Source: Mycobacteriales bacterium
GTDB taxonomy: Bacteria; Actinomycetota; Actinomycetes; Mycobacteriales; QHCD01
DNA length: 64,000 bases
Assembly (NCBI GenBank): GCA_036497565.1
Contig: DASXJE010000077.1
Location: 13,570-77,569, forward strand
Direction: 5' to 3'
Shown here: positions 10,127 to 20,287 of the stretch, piece after piece
How the letters are laid out: each line of letters begins with the position of its first letter
Numbering within the stretch: position 1 is the first letter of the stretch
Position numbers and translations under genes: made by a program
Notes under the pieces: model-generated
What the model was told of the DNA's origin: nothing
Seen by the model: the letters and a program-made list of their open reading frames with translations, nothing else
The model's database searches: none

Positions 10127-10580
10127 GTGAGAGCACACCGAGGGGCCGGTGAGATCGAAATGACTGAGTTGGCGCGAGAGTTCGAGCGACCGCTCGGGGA
10201 ACGCGAGGCTGCGGAACTCCTGGAGTCTCGCCCAACACCCTCAAACACTGGCGTTGAGTCGGTAAGGGCCGCGAGGACGGCGCGTTCTGGACGGCATTCC
10301 TGCGCAGCTTGAAGACCCGCGGTCTCCACGTGTTCTTGCCGCGTCGGTGGCACCCGGCAGGCGATGTGGCATCGCTCGTGCGCGCTTCGCCGTTGCCCGA
10401 ATGGCACGGCGGAAGTCGCTCGCCGCAGCGCCTGGGGGAGGACGACGCGAACGCCACGGACGTGTCTTCGGCGCCGTTATCGGATTGAGGGTCGAAGGTC
10501 TGTGCCCCGCCGTGTCTCGTAAAAGAGGATCCGCTTGCCCGCGTTCGCTGATGGCTGCGCCGGACTGGTCGGGGTCATGA
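10127..10580 (+). pseudogene. IS256-family (mutator-type) transposase remnant, frameshifted and internally deleted
   Basis: Translation of 10258-10317 gives VGKGREDGAFWTAFLRSLKTRGL, the conserved (S)EDGAFW..FLR.L..RGL block of IS256-type transposases. Flanking similarity is spread over other frames and interrupted by stops. No terminal inverted repeats were identified. Confidence 0.5.
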
Positions 10581-11612
10581 GCCCACCCGCGCCCGGTCAC
10601 CGGGTCTGCCGGCATCCGGCGGCAGGTCCATGCTCGTGATCATGGCGGCGGGCCTCTGAGGGGCGGGTGGCGTTTCGTGCTTGGGGTCGTCGAGCGGGAT
10701 GCGGCGTCGCAGGGTGAGCACTACCGAGGCGACGACGAGGCCGGTCCCGACCAGTTCAACGGTGGTGAGCGGTTCGCCGAGGATCGTGACACCGAGCAGG
10801 ACGGCTACGACCGGGTTGACGTAGGCGTACGTGGACACCGTCGCCAGCGGCAGGTGGGAAAGGGCGTATCCGTAGGCGGTGAAGGCGAGCACCGATCCAG
10901 GGCCGATCAGATAGAGCAGAGCCAGCCAGCCGCTAGTGGGGACGTGCGACCAGCGGATGCCGCTGTAGTCGCCATGGATCGCGGCGGCGATCAGCAACAG
11001 GACACCGCCGGTGATCATCTCGGCCGCTGCGGCGACCAGTGCCCGGCGGGGAAGCGCCAAGCGGCGGGCGAGCACCGATCCGAGTCCCCACGCTGCGGAG
11101 GCCCCGAGCACGACGGCGATACCGGCCAGGTGGCCCGAGGTCGAGCCGACACCGGCCAGGGCCGCGACACCGACGAGGCCGACGGCCAGACCAGTAAGGG
11201 ACCGGCGGGTGGGTCGGGTGCGGTCGATCGGCCACGCCAGCAGCACCATCCATAGCGGCACGGTGGCCACAAGGACGGCGGCGAATCCGGAGTCCAGGCT
11301 CTGTTCACCGATGCTCAGGCCACCGTTGCCGAGGACCAGCAGTAGCAGCCCGACCAGCGCGGCACCCAGCCACTGACGCCCGCCCGGCTTGTCGGTCCGC
11401 CGCACGGTCGGGCCTCCGGTGCGTACTGCGATCGGGTACAGAAGTACGCCCGCGGCGAGGTAGCGGACCCCGGCCATGGTCAGCGGTGGCAGGTCGCGCA
11501 CGCCGACACGGATGGCGAGGTAGGTCGATCCCCACACGACATAGACCACGACCAGCGCGGCCCAGCCGAGCAGATTCGGCGGTCGCGCCGTGGCGGTCTC
11601 AATGCTCATGCC
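10575..11612 (-). CDS. EamA/DMT-family transporter
   Basis: Ten hydrophobic segments and a duplicated EamA pattern (VVWGSTYLAIRV ...). I chose the start at ATG 11612 (MSIETATARPP...). It lies divergent to an AraC/GlxA regulator. Confidence 0.85.
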   Translation of the reverse strand, partial: GMSIETATARPPNLLGWAALVVVYVVWGSTYLAIRVGVRDLPPLTMAGVRYLAAGVLLYPIAVRTGGPTVRRTDKPGGRQWLGAALVGLLLLVLGNGGLSIGEQSLDSGFAAVLVATVPLWMVLLAWPIDRTRPTRRSLTGLAVGLVGVAALAGVGSTSGHLAGIAVVLGASAAWGLGSVLARRLALPRRALVAAAAEMITGGVLLLIAAAIHGDYSGIRWSHVPTSGWLALLYLIGPGSVLAFTAYGYALSHLPLATVSTYAYVNPVVAVLLGVTILGEPLTTVELVGTGLVVASVVLTLRRRIPLDDPKHETPPAPQRPAAMITSMDLPPDAGRPGDRARVGS

Positions 11613-11679
11613 CTCACCCTCGCCGGAATGCCGCGTGGGCAGCAGTGGCGGGAACGCCATATTGAGGTAGATTCACGCC

Positions 11680-12648
11680 ATGCAGGTTCCGCATCGCGTT
11701 GTTGTCCCGCTCACGTCCAACGTTCCGATCTTTGAGGCCGCGGTCGCGTGCGAGGTGTTCGGACGAACCCGCCAGGATTTCCCTGTGCCCTGGTGGTACG
11801 AGGTGGTGTTGTGTGCCGGACAGGACGAACCGCTGCGTACCGCGGAGGGGCTGCGGCTGGATGAGGGTCGCGGGCTGGCCGAGCTCGCCGAGGCGGACAC
11901 CGTCATCGTGCCCGCGTGCGCCGACCTGCAGGGGGACCCGCCGCCGGAACTGCTCGAGGCATTGCGCGCTGCCCATGCCCGGGGCGCGCGAACCGCGTCC
12001 ATCTGCACCGGCGCGTTCACCCTCGCCGCGGCCGGTCTGCTCGACGGTCGCCGGGCGACCACGCACTGGATGCACGGCGACGAACTCACCCGCCGCTGGC
12101 CCGCCGTGCGTCTCGACCCGAATGTGCTGTACACCCAGGACGATCAGATCTTCACCTCCGCCGGCGAATGCGCCGGCCTCGACCTGTGCCTGCACCTGAT
12201 CAGGCTCGATCACGGCAGCCGCGTCGCCAACGCGCTGGCCCGACGGATGGTCATCGCACCGCACCGCGAAGGCGGGCAGGCCCAATTCATCGACTCGCCG
12301 ATCCGCGGCACCGATTCCGATCGCCTCGGCCCGGTGCTGGACTGGGCCCGGCTGCATCTGGACGAGCCGTTGACGATCGACGATCTCGCCGCCGTGGCCG
12401 CAATGAGTCAACGCACGTTCCTTCGTCACTTCCGCGCCGTCACGGCCACCACTCCGTTGCAGTGGCTGGTGCACGAGCGGGTCGCTCGCGCTCGCGAGCT
12501 GTTGGAGACCACCGACGACACGATCGATCGGATCGCCGAACGGTGTGGCTTCGGGACCGCCGCCAGCCTGCGCACTCACTTCGTTCGGATCAATAAAATC
12601 GGCCCCAGTCCGTACCGACAGACCTTCCGGCCCCGATCCGCAGCCTGA
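11680..12648 (+). CDS. GlxA-family transcriptional regulator (DJ-1/PfpI domain + AraC HTH)
   Basis: 322 aa with an N-terminal DJ-1/PfpI-like domain (ASICTGAFTLAAAGLLDGRRATTHW) and a C-terminal AraC-type HTH (SQRTFLRHFRAVTATTPLQWL...IAERCGFGTAASLRTHF). Confidence 0.9.
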   Translation: MQVPHRVVVPLTSNVPIFEAAVACEVFGRTRQDFPVPWWYEVVLCAGQDEPLRTAEGLRLDEGRGLAELAEADTVIVPACADLQGDPPPELLEALRAAHARGARTASICTGAFTLAAAGLLDGRRATTHWMHGDELTRRWPAVRLDPNVLYTQDDQIFTSAGECAGLDLCLHLIRLDHGSRVANALARRMVIAPHREGGQAQFIDSPIRGTDSDRLGPVLDWARLHLDEPLTIDDLAAVAAMSQRTFLRHFRAVTATTPLQWLVHERVARARELLETTDDTIDRIAERCGFGTAASLRTHFVRINKIGPSPYRQTFRPRSAA

Positions 12649-12865
12649 CGCCATACCGGGACCAACCTTCAGGTGCACGTCGGGAACGGTCGAGTTGCGT
12701 ATGGAGTTCGGCCGGGTGCGGCTCGCCGACAGGCGGTCCCACGCCTCGGAGCAGATCCCGATCACGCACGACAACCCGTCGTCTGGAGCCCGAAACCGAC
12801 CGAGCGGACGCCCGGACGAATCAGCGAGAAACGCGCGCACCGTCTTCCACCACCGCGGCCCATGG

Positions 12866-13480
12866 TCAGCACGACAAAGCCCCGGAGTTGGCCGGGTCGT
12901 TCGGATGCTCGGTGAGCGGGGTCGTCTGGGTGGTCATCCACTTGTCCATTGGCAGCGACTTGAGGATCGCGTGTATCTCTGTCCCATCCGCAGCTTGCCA
13001 GAGGCCGAGCGCCCGCCAATTGCCCGGCGTGGGCGGCAGCATCCACAGTCGGAGGAGATGTCCCTGCTCGGCGAGGTCACGGGTCCGCTCGGCTTCGCGT
13101 GCCTTAATGTCGGCGACCTCCTGCTCGCTCGCACTGTCGGGGAAGCTGACCTCGAACGTCGTCAGGAACTCCATGGCAGTCGCCGTTCGCGACAGCGGCG
13201 GGTCGTTGGGATGGGCCGATAGCGGGACAACCTGATCGGAGCGCCAAACGCGCAGTGGCATCGAGGCGAGGACGTCTTCGAGCTCCACCTCATCGGCGGC
13301 GGCGAACAGTCCGAGGGTGCGCCATTCGCCCGGCTGCAGGGGAGGGCGCCACAGACGGAGCAGGTGTCCCTGAGCGGCAAGCTCGCGGGAGCGGGCCGCT
13401 TCACGGCTACGGATTTCCCGAACTGACTCCTCTTCGGTTCCCTCCGGAACCACCGTCGTCATCGTGACCAGATACTCCAT
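12866..13480 (-). CDS. muconolactone delta-isomerase-like protein with two tandem domains
   Basis: 204 aa. Residues 1-96 and 103-198 are clear paralogous repeats (MEYLVTM...AAQGHLLRLWRPP...HPNDP versus MEFLTTF...AEQGHLLRLWMLP...HPNDP), each the size of a CatC-type monomer. Confidence 0.8.
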   Translation of the reverse strand: MEYLVTMTTVVPEGTEEESVREIRSREAARSRELAAQGHLLRLWRPPLQPGEWRTLGLFAAADEVELEDVLASMPLRVWRSDQVVPLSAHPNDPPLSRTATAMEFLTTFEVSFPDSASEQEVADIKAREAERTRDLAEQGHLLRLWMLPPTPGNWRALGLWQAADGTEIHAILKSLPMDKWMTTQTTPLTEHPNDPANSGALSC

Positions 13481-13731
13481 TGTCGGCGCCTCTCGAGTTC
13501 AGCTGGAGTGCCGACGGAGTCGGCCTCGCGATCGATATTCGCGTTTCGCTGCACGCCTCGGACCCGGGGAACACCCGGGTCGATACCCGGCTCGCCCAGT
13601 CCCGGGTGCACCCCGGGGCGGACCGGCATCGGCCCGGGCATCCCCCGGGCGCGCCCGGCCAATCGCGGCACGATGCTGAATGACGGACCACCCCATTCAG
13701 GCCCACTTTCTCCGAAAGCGAGACCAACATC

Positions 13732-14448
13732 GTGACGACCGTCAACCAGAAAGTCGCCGTCATCACCGGCGCGTCGCAGGGCATCGGCGCCGCGCTCGTG
13801 CAGGCCTACCGCAAACATGGTTGGGCCGTCGTTGCCAACTCCCGTTCGATCCCGGCATCCGATGACGTCGGCGTCGTCACTATCGCCGGTGACATCGCCG
13901 ATCCGGCCGTCGCTCGCAATGTGATCGACTCCGCCGTCCGCGACTTCGGCCGGGTCGACACACTCGTGAACAACGCGGGGATCTTCATGGCCAAGTCGTT
14001 CACCGACTACACCGCCGAGGACTACGAGGCGCTGGTAGGTGTCAACCTCACCGGCTTTGTCACTACCACGCAGTTGGCCATCGCGCAGATGCTGCGCCAG
14101 GGCGACGGCGGTCATGTGGTGCAGGTGACGACCAGCCTGGTCGACCACGCGAACAGCAACGTGCCGTCGGTACTGGCCTCGCTCACCAAGGGCGGCCTGC
14201 AGTCGGCGACCAAATCGCTCGCGATCGAGTTCGCCAAGCAGGGCGTGCGCGTCAACGCGGTGTCGCCCGGCGTCATCCAGACCCCGATGCACGCTCCGGA
14301 GACCTACGACGGCCTGGCCGGGCTGCACCCGGTGGGCCGCATGGGCACCATCAGCGACATCGTCGACGGTGTGCTGTACCTGGAGAGCGCTCCGTTCGTT
14401 ACCGGCGAGATCCTGCACATCGACGGCGGCCAGAGCGCCGGTCACTGA
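13732..14448 (+). CDS. short-chain dehydrogenase/reductase (SDR)
   Basis: 238 aa with the cofactor motif VAVITGASQGIGAAL, then NNAG, and an SDR-typical C-terminal half (VNAVSPGVIQTPM). Confidence 0.92.
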   Translation: MTTVNQKVAVITGASQGIGAALVQAYRKHGWAVVANSRSIPASDDVGVVTIAGDIADPAVARNVIDSAVRDFGRVDTLVNNAGIFMAKSFTDYTAEDYEALVGVNLTGFVTTTQLAIAQMLRQGDGGHVVQVTTSLVDHANSNVPSVLASLTKGGLQSATKSLAIEFAKQGVRVNAVSPGVIQTPMHAPETYDGLAGLHPVGRMGTISDIVDGVLYLESAPFVTGEILHIDGGQSAGH

Positions 14449-14541
14449 CCTGTCGTGAGCGCGGTCGCGAGCGGTCATGCCGATCGCTGCTCGAGCCTGG
14501 AACGTGCAACCTTTGATACGGCAGGGACTGGCCGAAGGCAT

Positions 14542-17307
14542 CTACGGAAGCGACGCGGTGGGCTCCAGGTCAAGCAGCGCCCTGCGGAGCTCCCGTCGCG
14601 AGCTGACCCCGACCTTGGCGAACACCTTGCTCAGATGCCACTCGACCGTGCGTCCGCTGATGAACAGCTCGGCGCCGATCTCGGGATTGGTGTTCCCGTC
14701 GCATACGAGCCGGGCGATCTCGGCCTCTTGAGGGGTGAGCTCGTTGACGGTGTCAACGGTGCGCCTGCGTACGGTCTCGCCCGTGGCCTGCAGCTCTCGT
14801 CGGGCTCGTTCGGCGAAGCCCTGGATACCCATGGCGGTGAGCATGTCGTATGCGATGCGTAACTGTTCTCGAGCGTCGATGCGGCGGTTCTGTCGGCGCA
14901 GCCACTCACCGTAGATCAAGTGAGTGCGGGCCAACCCTGTCCGGGTTCGGCTGTGGCCGAGCAGCTCGATCGCTTCCCGGTAGTAGCCGTCGGTCGATTC
15001 GCCATCACTCAGCAGTGCACGTGATCGCTTCTCGGTTCCTAGGGCGTAGTCGGTGCCGGTGGCGAGCGCGATCTCAACAAGTCGGTCGAGCGCTGCCGCG
15101 GCCGTCTCGGTCTGGCCGCTTCGAGCGGCGGCCTCGACCAGTTCGGGCAGCGCCCAGGGTGAGATGACGAGCTCGTTTACGTCGCTGGCCTTCTTGGCTG
15201 CCTCGGCAGCAAGCTCGTATTTGCCGAGGCCGTTGTAGAGGACGGCTTGGGCGTAGCCCACGTAGGTCAGCGCGGCGCCTTCGCCCCGAGCCGACGCGCC
15301 GTTGGCCATCACCTTGCTGACCTTGGCGACGCTCGAAGCGTCTCCGCGCCAGGCGTCGAGGATGAGCGGGACATAGGGCAATGTCGCGGCTCGGATCCCC
15401 GGGTCGATCCGCTCGCTCTCGGTCAGTAACGCGCTCGCCAGGTCGAGCTCGCCGGCCTGGATAAGGTGCTCGGCGAGATAGTCGAGGGCAAACGGAAGCC
15501 AGCTAAGCGTGCCACTCGCACGGGCCAGGCGGACTTGTCCAGAGGCCAATTGGAAACAAGCCTCGTCGTCCCACAGGTCCATCGCGACCAAGTTGTAAGC
15601 CACGCACATCCAGTCCAGCTGCTGCGGCAGCGCTCGATACAGGCGAAGTGCGTCCTTGAGCATCGGCGCCGCTGGTGCATAGCCGTCCGTTAACCGGGTT
15701 GCGAGCCCTCGGATCAGCAATTCCGGGTGCGCACTCGGATCTGTTCCGGGCGGGGCAGTCTTCGCTGCCAGGGCGACCGCTGCGACATCTTCCTCGTTGG
15801 CGAGTCGGCCGGCGTAGACCGAAGCAACCAAGGCTTCAAGGTAGGCGCGCCTTGCCGCGTCCGCGTCGAGGGTTTCGAGTCGCTGGGCGGCGCGGAGCAG
15901 GAGAAGCGGCGCGTCGCGCCCCCTCCTCAGTGCGAATGCGATCTGCGCGCGCATCCTTTCCACGCCGGCATCGCGCAGATCATCGGGCGGTCCGATCTGT
16001 GCAATGGCCAGCAACCTTTGCGTGGCCTCGAAGTCACCGGCGGCGTAGTGCGCCTCGGCCGCATCGAGCGCCCGGGTAGCGCGCTGCTTCGGGTCCGGGG
16101 TTAGCGCGACCGCCCGTTCCCAGAATGCCGCTGCGGCCGCGACGCCGCCTCTGCCGAGCGCCCGGCTTGCGGAGTCGATGAGCTCGGTCGCCACCTCTTC
16201 ATCCGGACCGCCCGCTGCGTGCGCGCGGTGCCAGGCGTGATGGTCGGGATCGGCGCCCTGATCGGTGGCGGCTGCCAGCGCCTGGTGCACGGCTCTCCGG
16301 ACCTCCGGGGGCGCGGCTCGATACACCGCGGATCGGACCAGTGGATGGCGAAAGCGCGCAGTCGCACCCATCTCGAGCAGACCGCTCTGGCTCGCCGCCC
16401 GCACCGCGCTTATGTCGATGCCGAGCCCCTGGGCTGCGCGCAGGATCAGGGTCGAGTCACCCATCGGTTCGGCTGCAGCGATCAGAATCAGGCGTTGAGC
16501 CTCGTCCGGAAGCTGGCTCAAACGCTCGACGTACTCGGTCTCGATCCAGGTCGGCAGATCCGCGGCGATGGGGATGCCGAACCCGCCAGCGAGCTCGGCC
16601 GCTCCTAGCCCCCTGCCGAGCTCGAGCAGCGCCAGCGGATTCCCGTGTGTCTCTTGGATGATTCGACTCCGGACCCGCTCGTCGAGCAGACCGGGCGTCG
16701 CGGATGCCAGTATCACCTTGGCATGCTCGTCGTCGAGGCCACGCAGCCGGAGTTCGGGCAATCCCGCAAGGTGGTCAGGACCGCTGAACGAAGCTCGTGC
16801 GGCGAATATCAGCGCGGTCGGCTCTGCGAGCAGCCTGCGCCCGACGAAGCCAAGCGCCTGCGCCGACGCGTGGTCGAGCCAATGCGCGTCGTCTACGACA
16901 CAAAGCACCGGCTGCTCCGCGGCTGTTTCAGCGAGCAGGCCGAGCGTCGCGAGTGCAACCAGCAGTCCATCTGGCGCCGGCCCGTCCTCCAGACCGAATG
17001 CGACCATCAGCGCGCCGCGCTGCGGGCTGGGTAGCCCGTGAAGGAGGTCGAGCATCGGCCGGCACAGTTGATGCAGGGCGGCAAACGCAAGCTCGGACTC
17101 CGACTCCACGCCGGCCGTTCGCACAAGTTTGAGATCCGGCGCCGATCGGACTGCGTAATCGAGAAGTGCGGATTTGCCTAGCCCGGCCTCGCCGCGGATG
17201 ACCAATGTGGCGCTGTGCTGGTGGCGCGCGGCGGCCAACATGCCGTCGAGCACCTCGCATTCGGCGCGCCGTCCGAGAAGCAACGCCGCCTTCCGACCGG
17301 AAGCCAC
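14542..17307 (-). CDS. large ATP-binding LuxR-family regulator (LAL type: AAA/STAND NTPase + TPR-like + LuxR HTH)
   Basis: 921 aa. Walker A is GEAGLGKSAL. A long helical repeat region follows, and the C-terminus is a LuxR HTH (LTPQEAEIARLVCDGNTNPEIGAELFISGRTVEWHLSKVFAKVGV). Confidence 0.9.
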   Translation of the reverse strand: MASGRKAALLLGRRAECEVLDGMLAAARHQHSATLVIRGEAGLGKSALLDYAVRSAPDLKLVRTAGVESESELAFAALHQLCRPMLDLLHGLPSPQRGALMVAFGLEDGPAPDGLLVALATLGLLAETAAEQPVLCVVDDAHWLDHASAQALGFVGRRLLAEPTALIFAARASFSGPDHLAGLPELRLRGLDDEHAKVILASATPGLLDERVRSRIIQETHGNPLALLELGRGLGAAELAGGFGIPIAADLPTWIETEYVERLSQLPDEAQRLILIAAAEPMGDSTLILRAAQGLGIDISAVRAASQSGLLEMGATARFRHPLVRSAVYRAAPPEVRRAVHQALAAATDQGADPDHHAWHRAHAAGGPDEEVATELIDSASRALGRGGVAAAAAFWERAVALTPDPKQRATRALDAAEAHYAAGDFEATQRLLAIAQIGPPDDLRDAGVERMRAQIAFALRRGRDAPLLLLRAAQRLETLDADAARRAYLEALVASVYAGRLANEEDVAAVALAAKTAPPGTDPSAHPELLIRGLATRLTDGYAPAAPMLKDALRLYRALPQQLDWMCVAYNLVAMDLWDDEACFQLASGQVRLARASGTLSWLPFALDYLAEHLIQAGELDLASALLTESERIDPGIRAATLPYVPLILDAWRGDASSVAKVSKVMANGASARGEGAALTYVGYAQAVLYNGLGKYELAAEAAKKASDVNELVISPWALPELVEAAARSGQTETAAAALDRLVEIALATGTDYALGTEKRSRALLSDGESTDGYYREAIELLGHSRTRTGLARTHLIYGEWLRRQNRRIDAREQLRIAYDMLTAMGIQGFAERARRELQATGETVRRRTVDTVNELTPQEAEIARLVCDGNTNPEIGAELFISGRTVEWHLSKVFAKVGVSSRRELRRALLDLEPTASLP

Positions 17308-17514
17308 CTCGTAGTTTAGGCCGCGACGACACCCCCCAACAAGAGCGCTGCGACCGTGGTCCTCGACGGGTGCGAGTGCAACGTTCAGCCCGCTGAGGTC
17401 GTGTCATGGGTCATCCCCGTATCGGCCGCGAGTGCGCAGGAGCTCGTTGCGATATGGACGCTGAAACTCGTCGCGCCACCCGCTGCCGTTTCACGTAAGG
17501 CGAGTGACAGCAGT

Positions 17515-18021
17515 TCAGACGGCGTACCCCTTCAGGTCGACCTGGCCGGTCGAGACGTCGACGGTGCCCACCCCCCAGATCTGCAGCGAGTTCAGCCAGG
17601 CGAAGTCTGACTCGCTTGTGGTGAGGGTGACGTTCTCGCGAAGTCGGAAGACTGGCGAGCCTTGCTGCCCGATCGCGACACCGTCGGCGAACAGCGCGAT
17701 CTTTTTACCGTCGTCGGTGGTGATCTCGGCATGAATGTGCAGCTCGGCCTTGCCGTCGGCGCGGAAGCAGAGGTAGTCCTTACCCTTGACCGTTCCGTTC
17801 AGCTTTGGCCCTCCGATCGGACCTTCGAGCGTCAGGTCGAGCCGCGCGCCTTCCGGTGGAGGCGTCTCTCCAGCGAACATGGCGTCGGCCGAAGTACCGT
17901 ACTCGACGATGTCCGTGACTAAGGGGGCGTATTCGTAAATCAGCTCGCCCGGCATCTGCAGTTCGGCTGCGCGCAGATCAACGGGATGCTCGCCGGAGCT
18001 AGGTACATCGGTTGACATCAT
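17515..18021 (-). CDS. DUF3237-like beta-barrel protein (tentative family)
   Basis: I chose the ATG at 18021, which has GAGGGA about 8 nt upstream. The sequence pattern GPIGGPKLNGTVKGKDYLCFRADG...ITTDDGKKIALFADG resembles the DUF3237/UPF0311 family. Confidence 0.6.
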   Translation of the reverse strand: MMSTDVPSSGEHPVDLRAAELQMPGELIYEYAPLVTDIVEYGTSADAMFAGETPPPEGARLDLTLEGPIGGPKLNGTVKGKDYLCFRADGKAELHIHAEITTDDGKKIALFADGVAIGQQGSPVFRLRENVTLTTSESDFAWLNSLQIWGVGTVDVSTGQVDLKGYAV

Positions 18022-18410
18022 GCCTTGTCCCTCATCCCGAGCCGGGCCAAGCCAATACCGGTTGCCCTCATGCTGGCGCTTCGCATCGGCCGATGCAATG
18101 GCCGGACGAGATGACATCAGGTGGACGCAGCCGAGAACTGATCAGGTTGAAGGGCACGCTGCCGCCCGAGTCGTGGAGAAGCTGCGAGGTGTCCTGCCCG
18201 CGAGCGGCTTACTGATGCCCGCCCGGCGCGCGCGCAGGATCAACCGACGAGACGAGGGCTGGACCCGGGCTTTCCACGGGTGCGATAAGCCACCCGCAGC
18301 GCGATCGTAGGCAGTGCCAAGTAGGTGACAACGCCGAGACGGCGAACGTCCAGTCGAGACTGGGAAAGCACCCTGCATCGAGTGTTCGCGACATCAAGTG
18401 AGGGCTAAGA

Positions 18411-19010
18411 GTGCGCGCAGACATCGCACCCGGCGGAATCTTTCCTGACTACGCGCTGACCGACCACACACAGACCAGGCGTCGACTCAGCGACCTACAG
18501 GGCGACGACCCGATGATTCTCGTGCTCTCGCGTGGTCACTTCTGCCCGAAGGACCACCAGCAACATCTACAACTCGCAGCCTTCTACCCGCAGATAGTCG
18601 CTGGCTACACCCAGATCGTCACCATTGCGACCGACACCGTCTTCACGATCAATGACTTCCGCGTCTCCGTGGGAGCCCAGTGGACCTTCCTCTCTGACGC
18701 CGGCCGCACGGTTCAAAGGGAACTCGACATTCAGGAATACACCGACCCGCACAACGACCCGATGATTCCGCACACGTTCGTGCTCAAGCCAGGCCTCGTC
18801 ATCCACACTGTCTACAACGGTTACTGGTACTGGGGTCGCCCGTCCATTGACGAGCTATGTCGCGATCTCCGCGAGGTAACACGCGAAATTCGCCCTGACT
18901 GGGACCTGAGCGCGCGGGGCCTCAGAGACAACTGGGACACCGGCGACCAGGCAATGCACTACTCGTACAGGCAGGCCGATCTGCGTTCCAGGCCAGGCGA
19001 GCGCGGGTAG
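18411..19010 (+). CDS. redoxin / AhpC-TSA-like thioredoxin-fold protein
   Basis: 199 aa with a GTG start. A single active-site-like HFCPKD motif sits in a thioredoxin-fold context (ILVLSRGHFCPKDHQQ). Confidence 0.75.
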   Translation: MRADIAPGGIFPDYALTDHTQTRRRLSDLQGDDPMILVLSRGHFCPKDHQQHLQLAAFYPQIVAGYTQIVTIATDTVFTINDFRVSVGAQWTFLSDAGRTVQRELDIQEYTDPHNDPMIPHTFVLKPGLVIHTVYNGYWYWGRPSIDELCRDLREVTREIRPDWDLSARGLRDNWDTGDQAMHYSYRQADLRSRPGERG

Positions 19011-19496
19011 CAGGACAGCCGAGGAATTCACTCAGCCCTCGATGACCGCATTGGTGACCAAGAGGTGCCGGCGCATGGACAACAGCCGGGCTCGCCAAGC
19101 GCATGCAGGCGGTGCTTTCGACAGTGTCTTCGATACGCACGTGCGCTCGCCGCAGCAATCGAGGCACTACAGATCACCTTGCGTCGGCAGGTCCACTGCC
19201 GGTAGCCCAGTCTCACCCCCGGGGGACGCGCCCGGCGTTTGCCCCGATGCGACACGAGCGAAAGAGCGCGATCGTCAGCCCATGACCCGACCCGGCGAAC
19301 CGAAATCCATCGTGGGGCACGCGTTGTTACCTGCGAACGTGGAGGTCGACGACCTCGGGGTGATGCGTTCCCACCGGGTTCGGGACCTGTATCGCGAGGC
19401 CCGGCTTCCGGTCGATCTCACCCGTGCGATTCAAGCTTCGCACCTCGGCGGCAGCCGGCGGGTCCCGGTGTCGCGTCTCGGCCCAGGAGTCACACC

Positions 19497-19679
19497 ATGA
19501 GGATCCACGCAGAAGACCTCGCGGTCGGAGACATTCTTGTGCTCCACGACTGGAACCTTCACATCATCGAAGTCGAGCGTGAGCGTGCCGTCACAGTGTT
19601 GACGGCCGAGTTCGTCTTCTTGCTCCACTTCCACAGGAATGAGGCCGTGGATGTCCAGGAGCGGCTCGACGTCGCGTGA
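19497..19679 (+). CDS. small hypothetical protein (60 aa)
   Basis: ATG with AGGAG 8 nt upstream, and ATGA overlap with the stop of an upstream 72-aa ORF (19282-19500). No recognisable family. Local G+C is about 58-60%. Confidence 0.3.
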   Translation: MRIHAEDLAVGDILVLHDWNLHIIEVERERAVTVLTAEFVFLLHFHRNEAVDVQERLDVA

Positions 19680-19817
19680 CGTCCATCGAGGGTTCGCAAG
19701 CGCCGGGCAGACAGTGCAATCCAGCGCACGCCGCAGGAGGAGCCGATCGCTCGCCTTGCGTGCCGGCGTAGCCGCGCCGGGCCCTCGAACCGGGCGCACC
19801 CCCCCGTCGATCAACAG

Positions 19818-20102
19818 CTACTTCGCGGCCGAGGGATACGTACAGCCGGTCGAGCCGCATCGAATGACGCGAGGTGGGTCGTCGTGGCCGAGCACTTTCA
19901 AAAGCTCCGTCCTTCCGTCCGTTTCGAGGGCCCGGCGAGTGTCTTCGGGCAGAGCCAGCGGATCGGTTGACCAAACCGCGCCGCTTATCTCGATCGTCAC
20001 GCACGCAACCTGGCCGCCGCGGCTGATCTCCCACAGCCATCCACTGCCGTCGACGCTCGCGCGACCGTGCCGGCCCAGGCTGGCCCTGATCTCCCAGATC
20101 AT
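19818..20102 (-). CDS. hypothetical protein (94 aa)
   Basis: Isolated ORF convergent with 19497-19679. Its composition is protein-like (MIWEIRASLG...VACVTIEISGAVW...) but no family was recognised. Confidence 0.35.
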   Translation of the reverse strand: MIWEIRASLGRHGRASVDGSGWLWEISRGGQVACVTIEISGAVWSTDPLALPEDTRRALETDGRTELLKVLGHDDPPRVIRCGSTGCTYPSAAK

Positions 20103-20287
20103 TTGCGGTTCCTCGATCGGATCTCCATCTCGAATCCGGCGATCCTACGCAGGTCTGCACACGTGACGACGCGGATTGTCACGAGCACCAAGAGCAGCTC
20201 GCTGCACCCGCGGCAGCGCGCGACGCGCCCTGTGCCGCGCACGTAGTCGATCGCCCGGCGACGACCGACGACGTGCCGAAGGCCTCG

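Noticed and set aside
19282-19500. 72-aa ORF upstream of, and coupled to, 19497-19679
   Set aside because: Its composition is Arg/Pro-rich and it has no RBS or family. It is kept only as context for the small-ORF finding, not as a feature.
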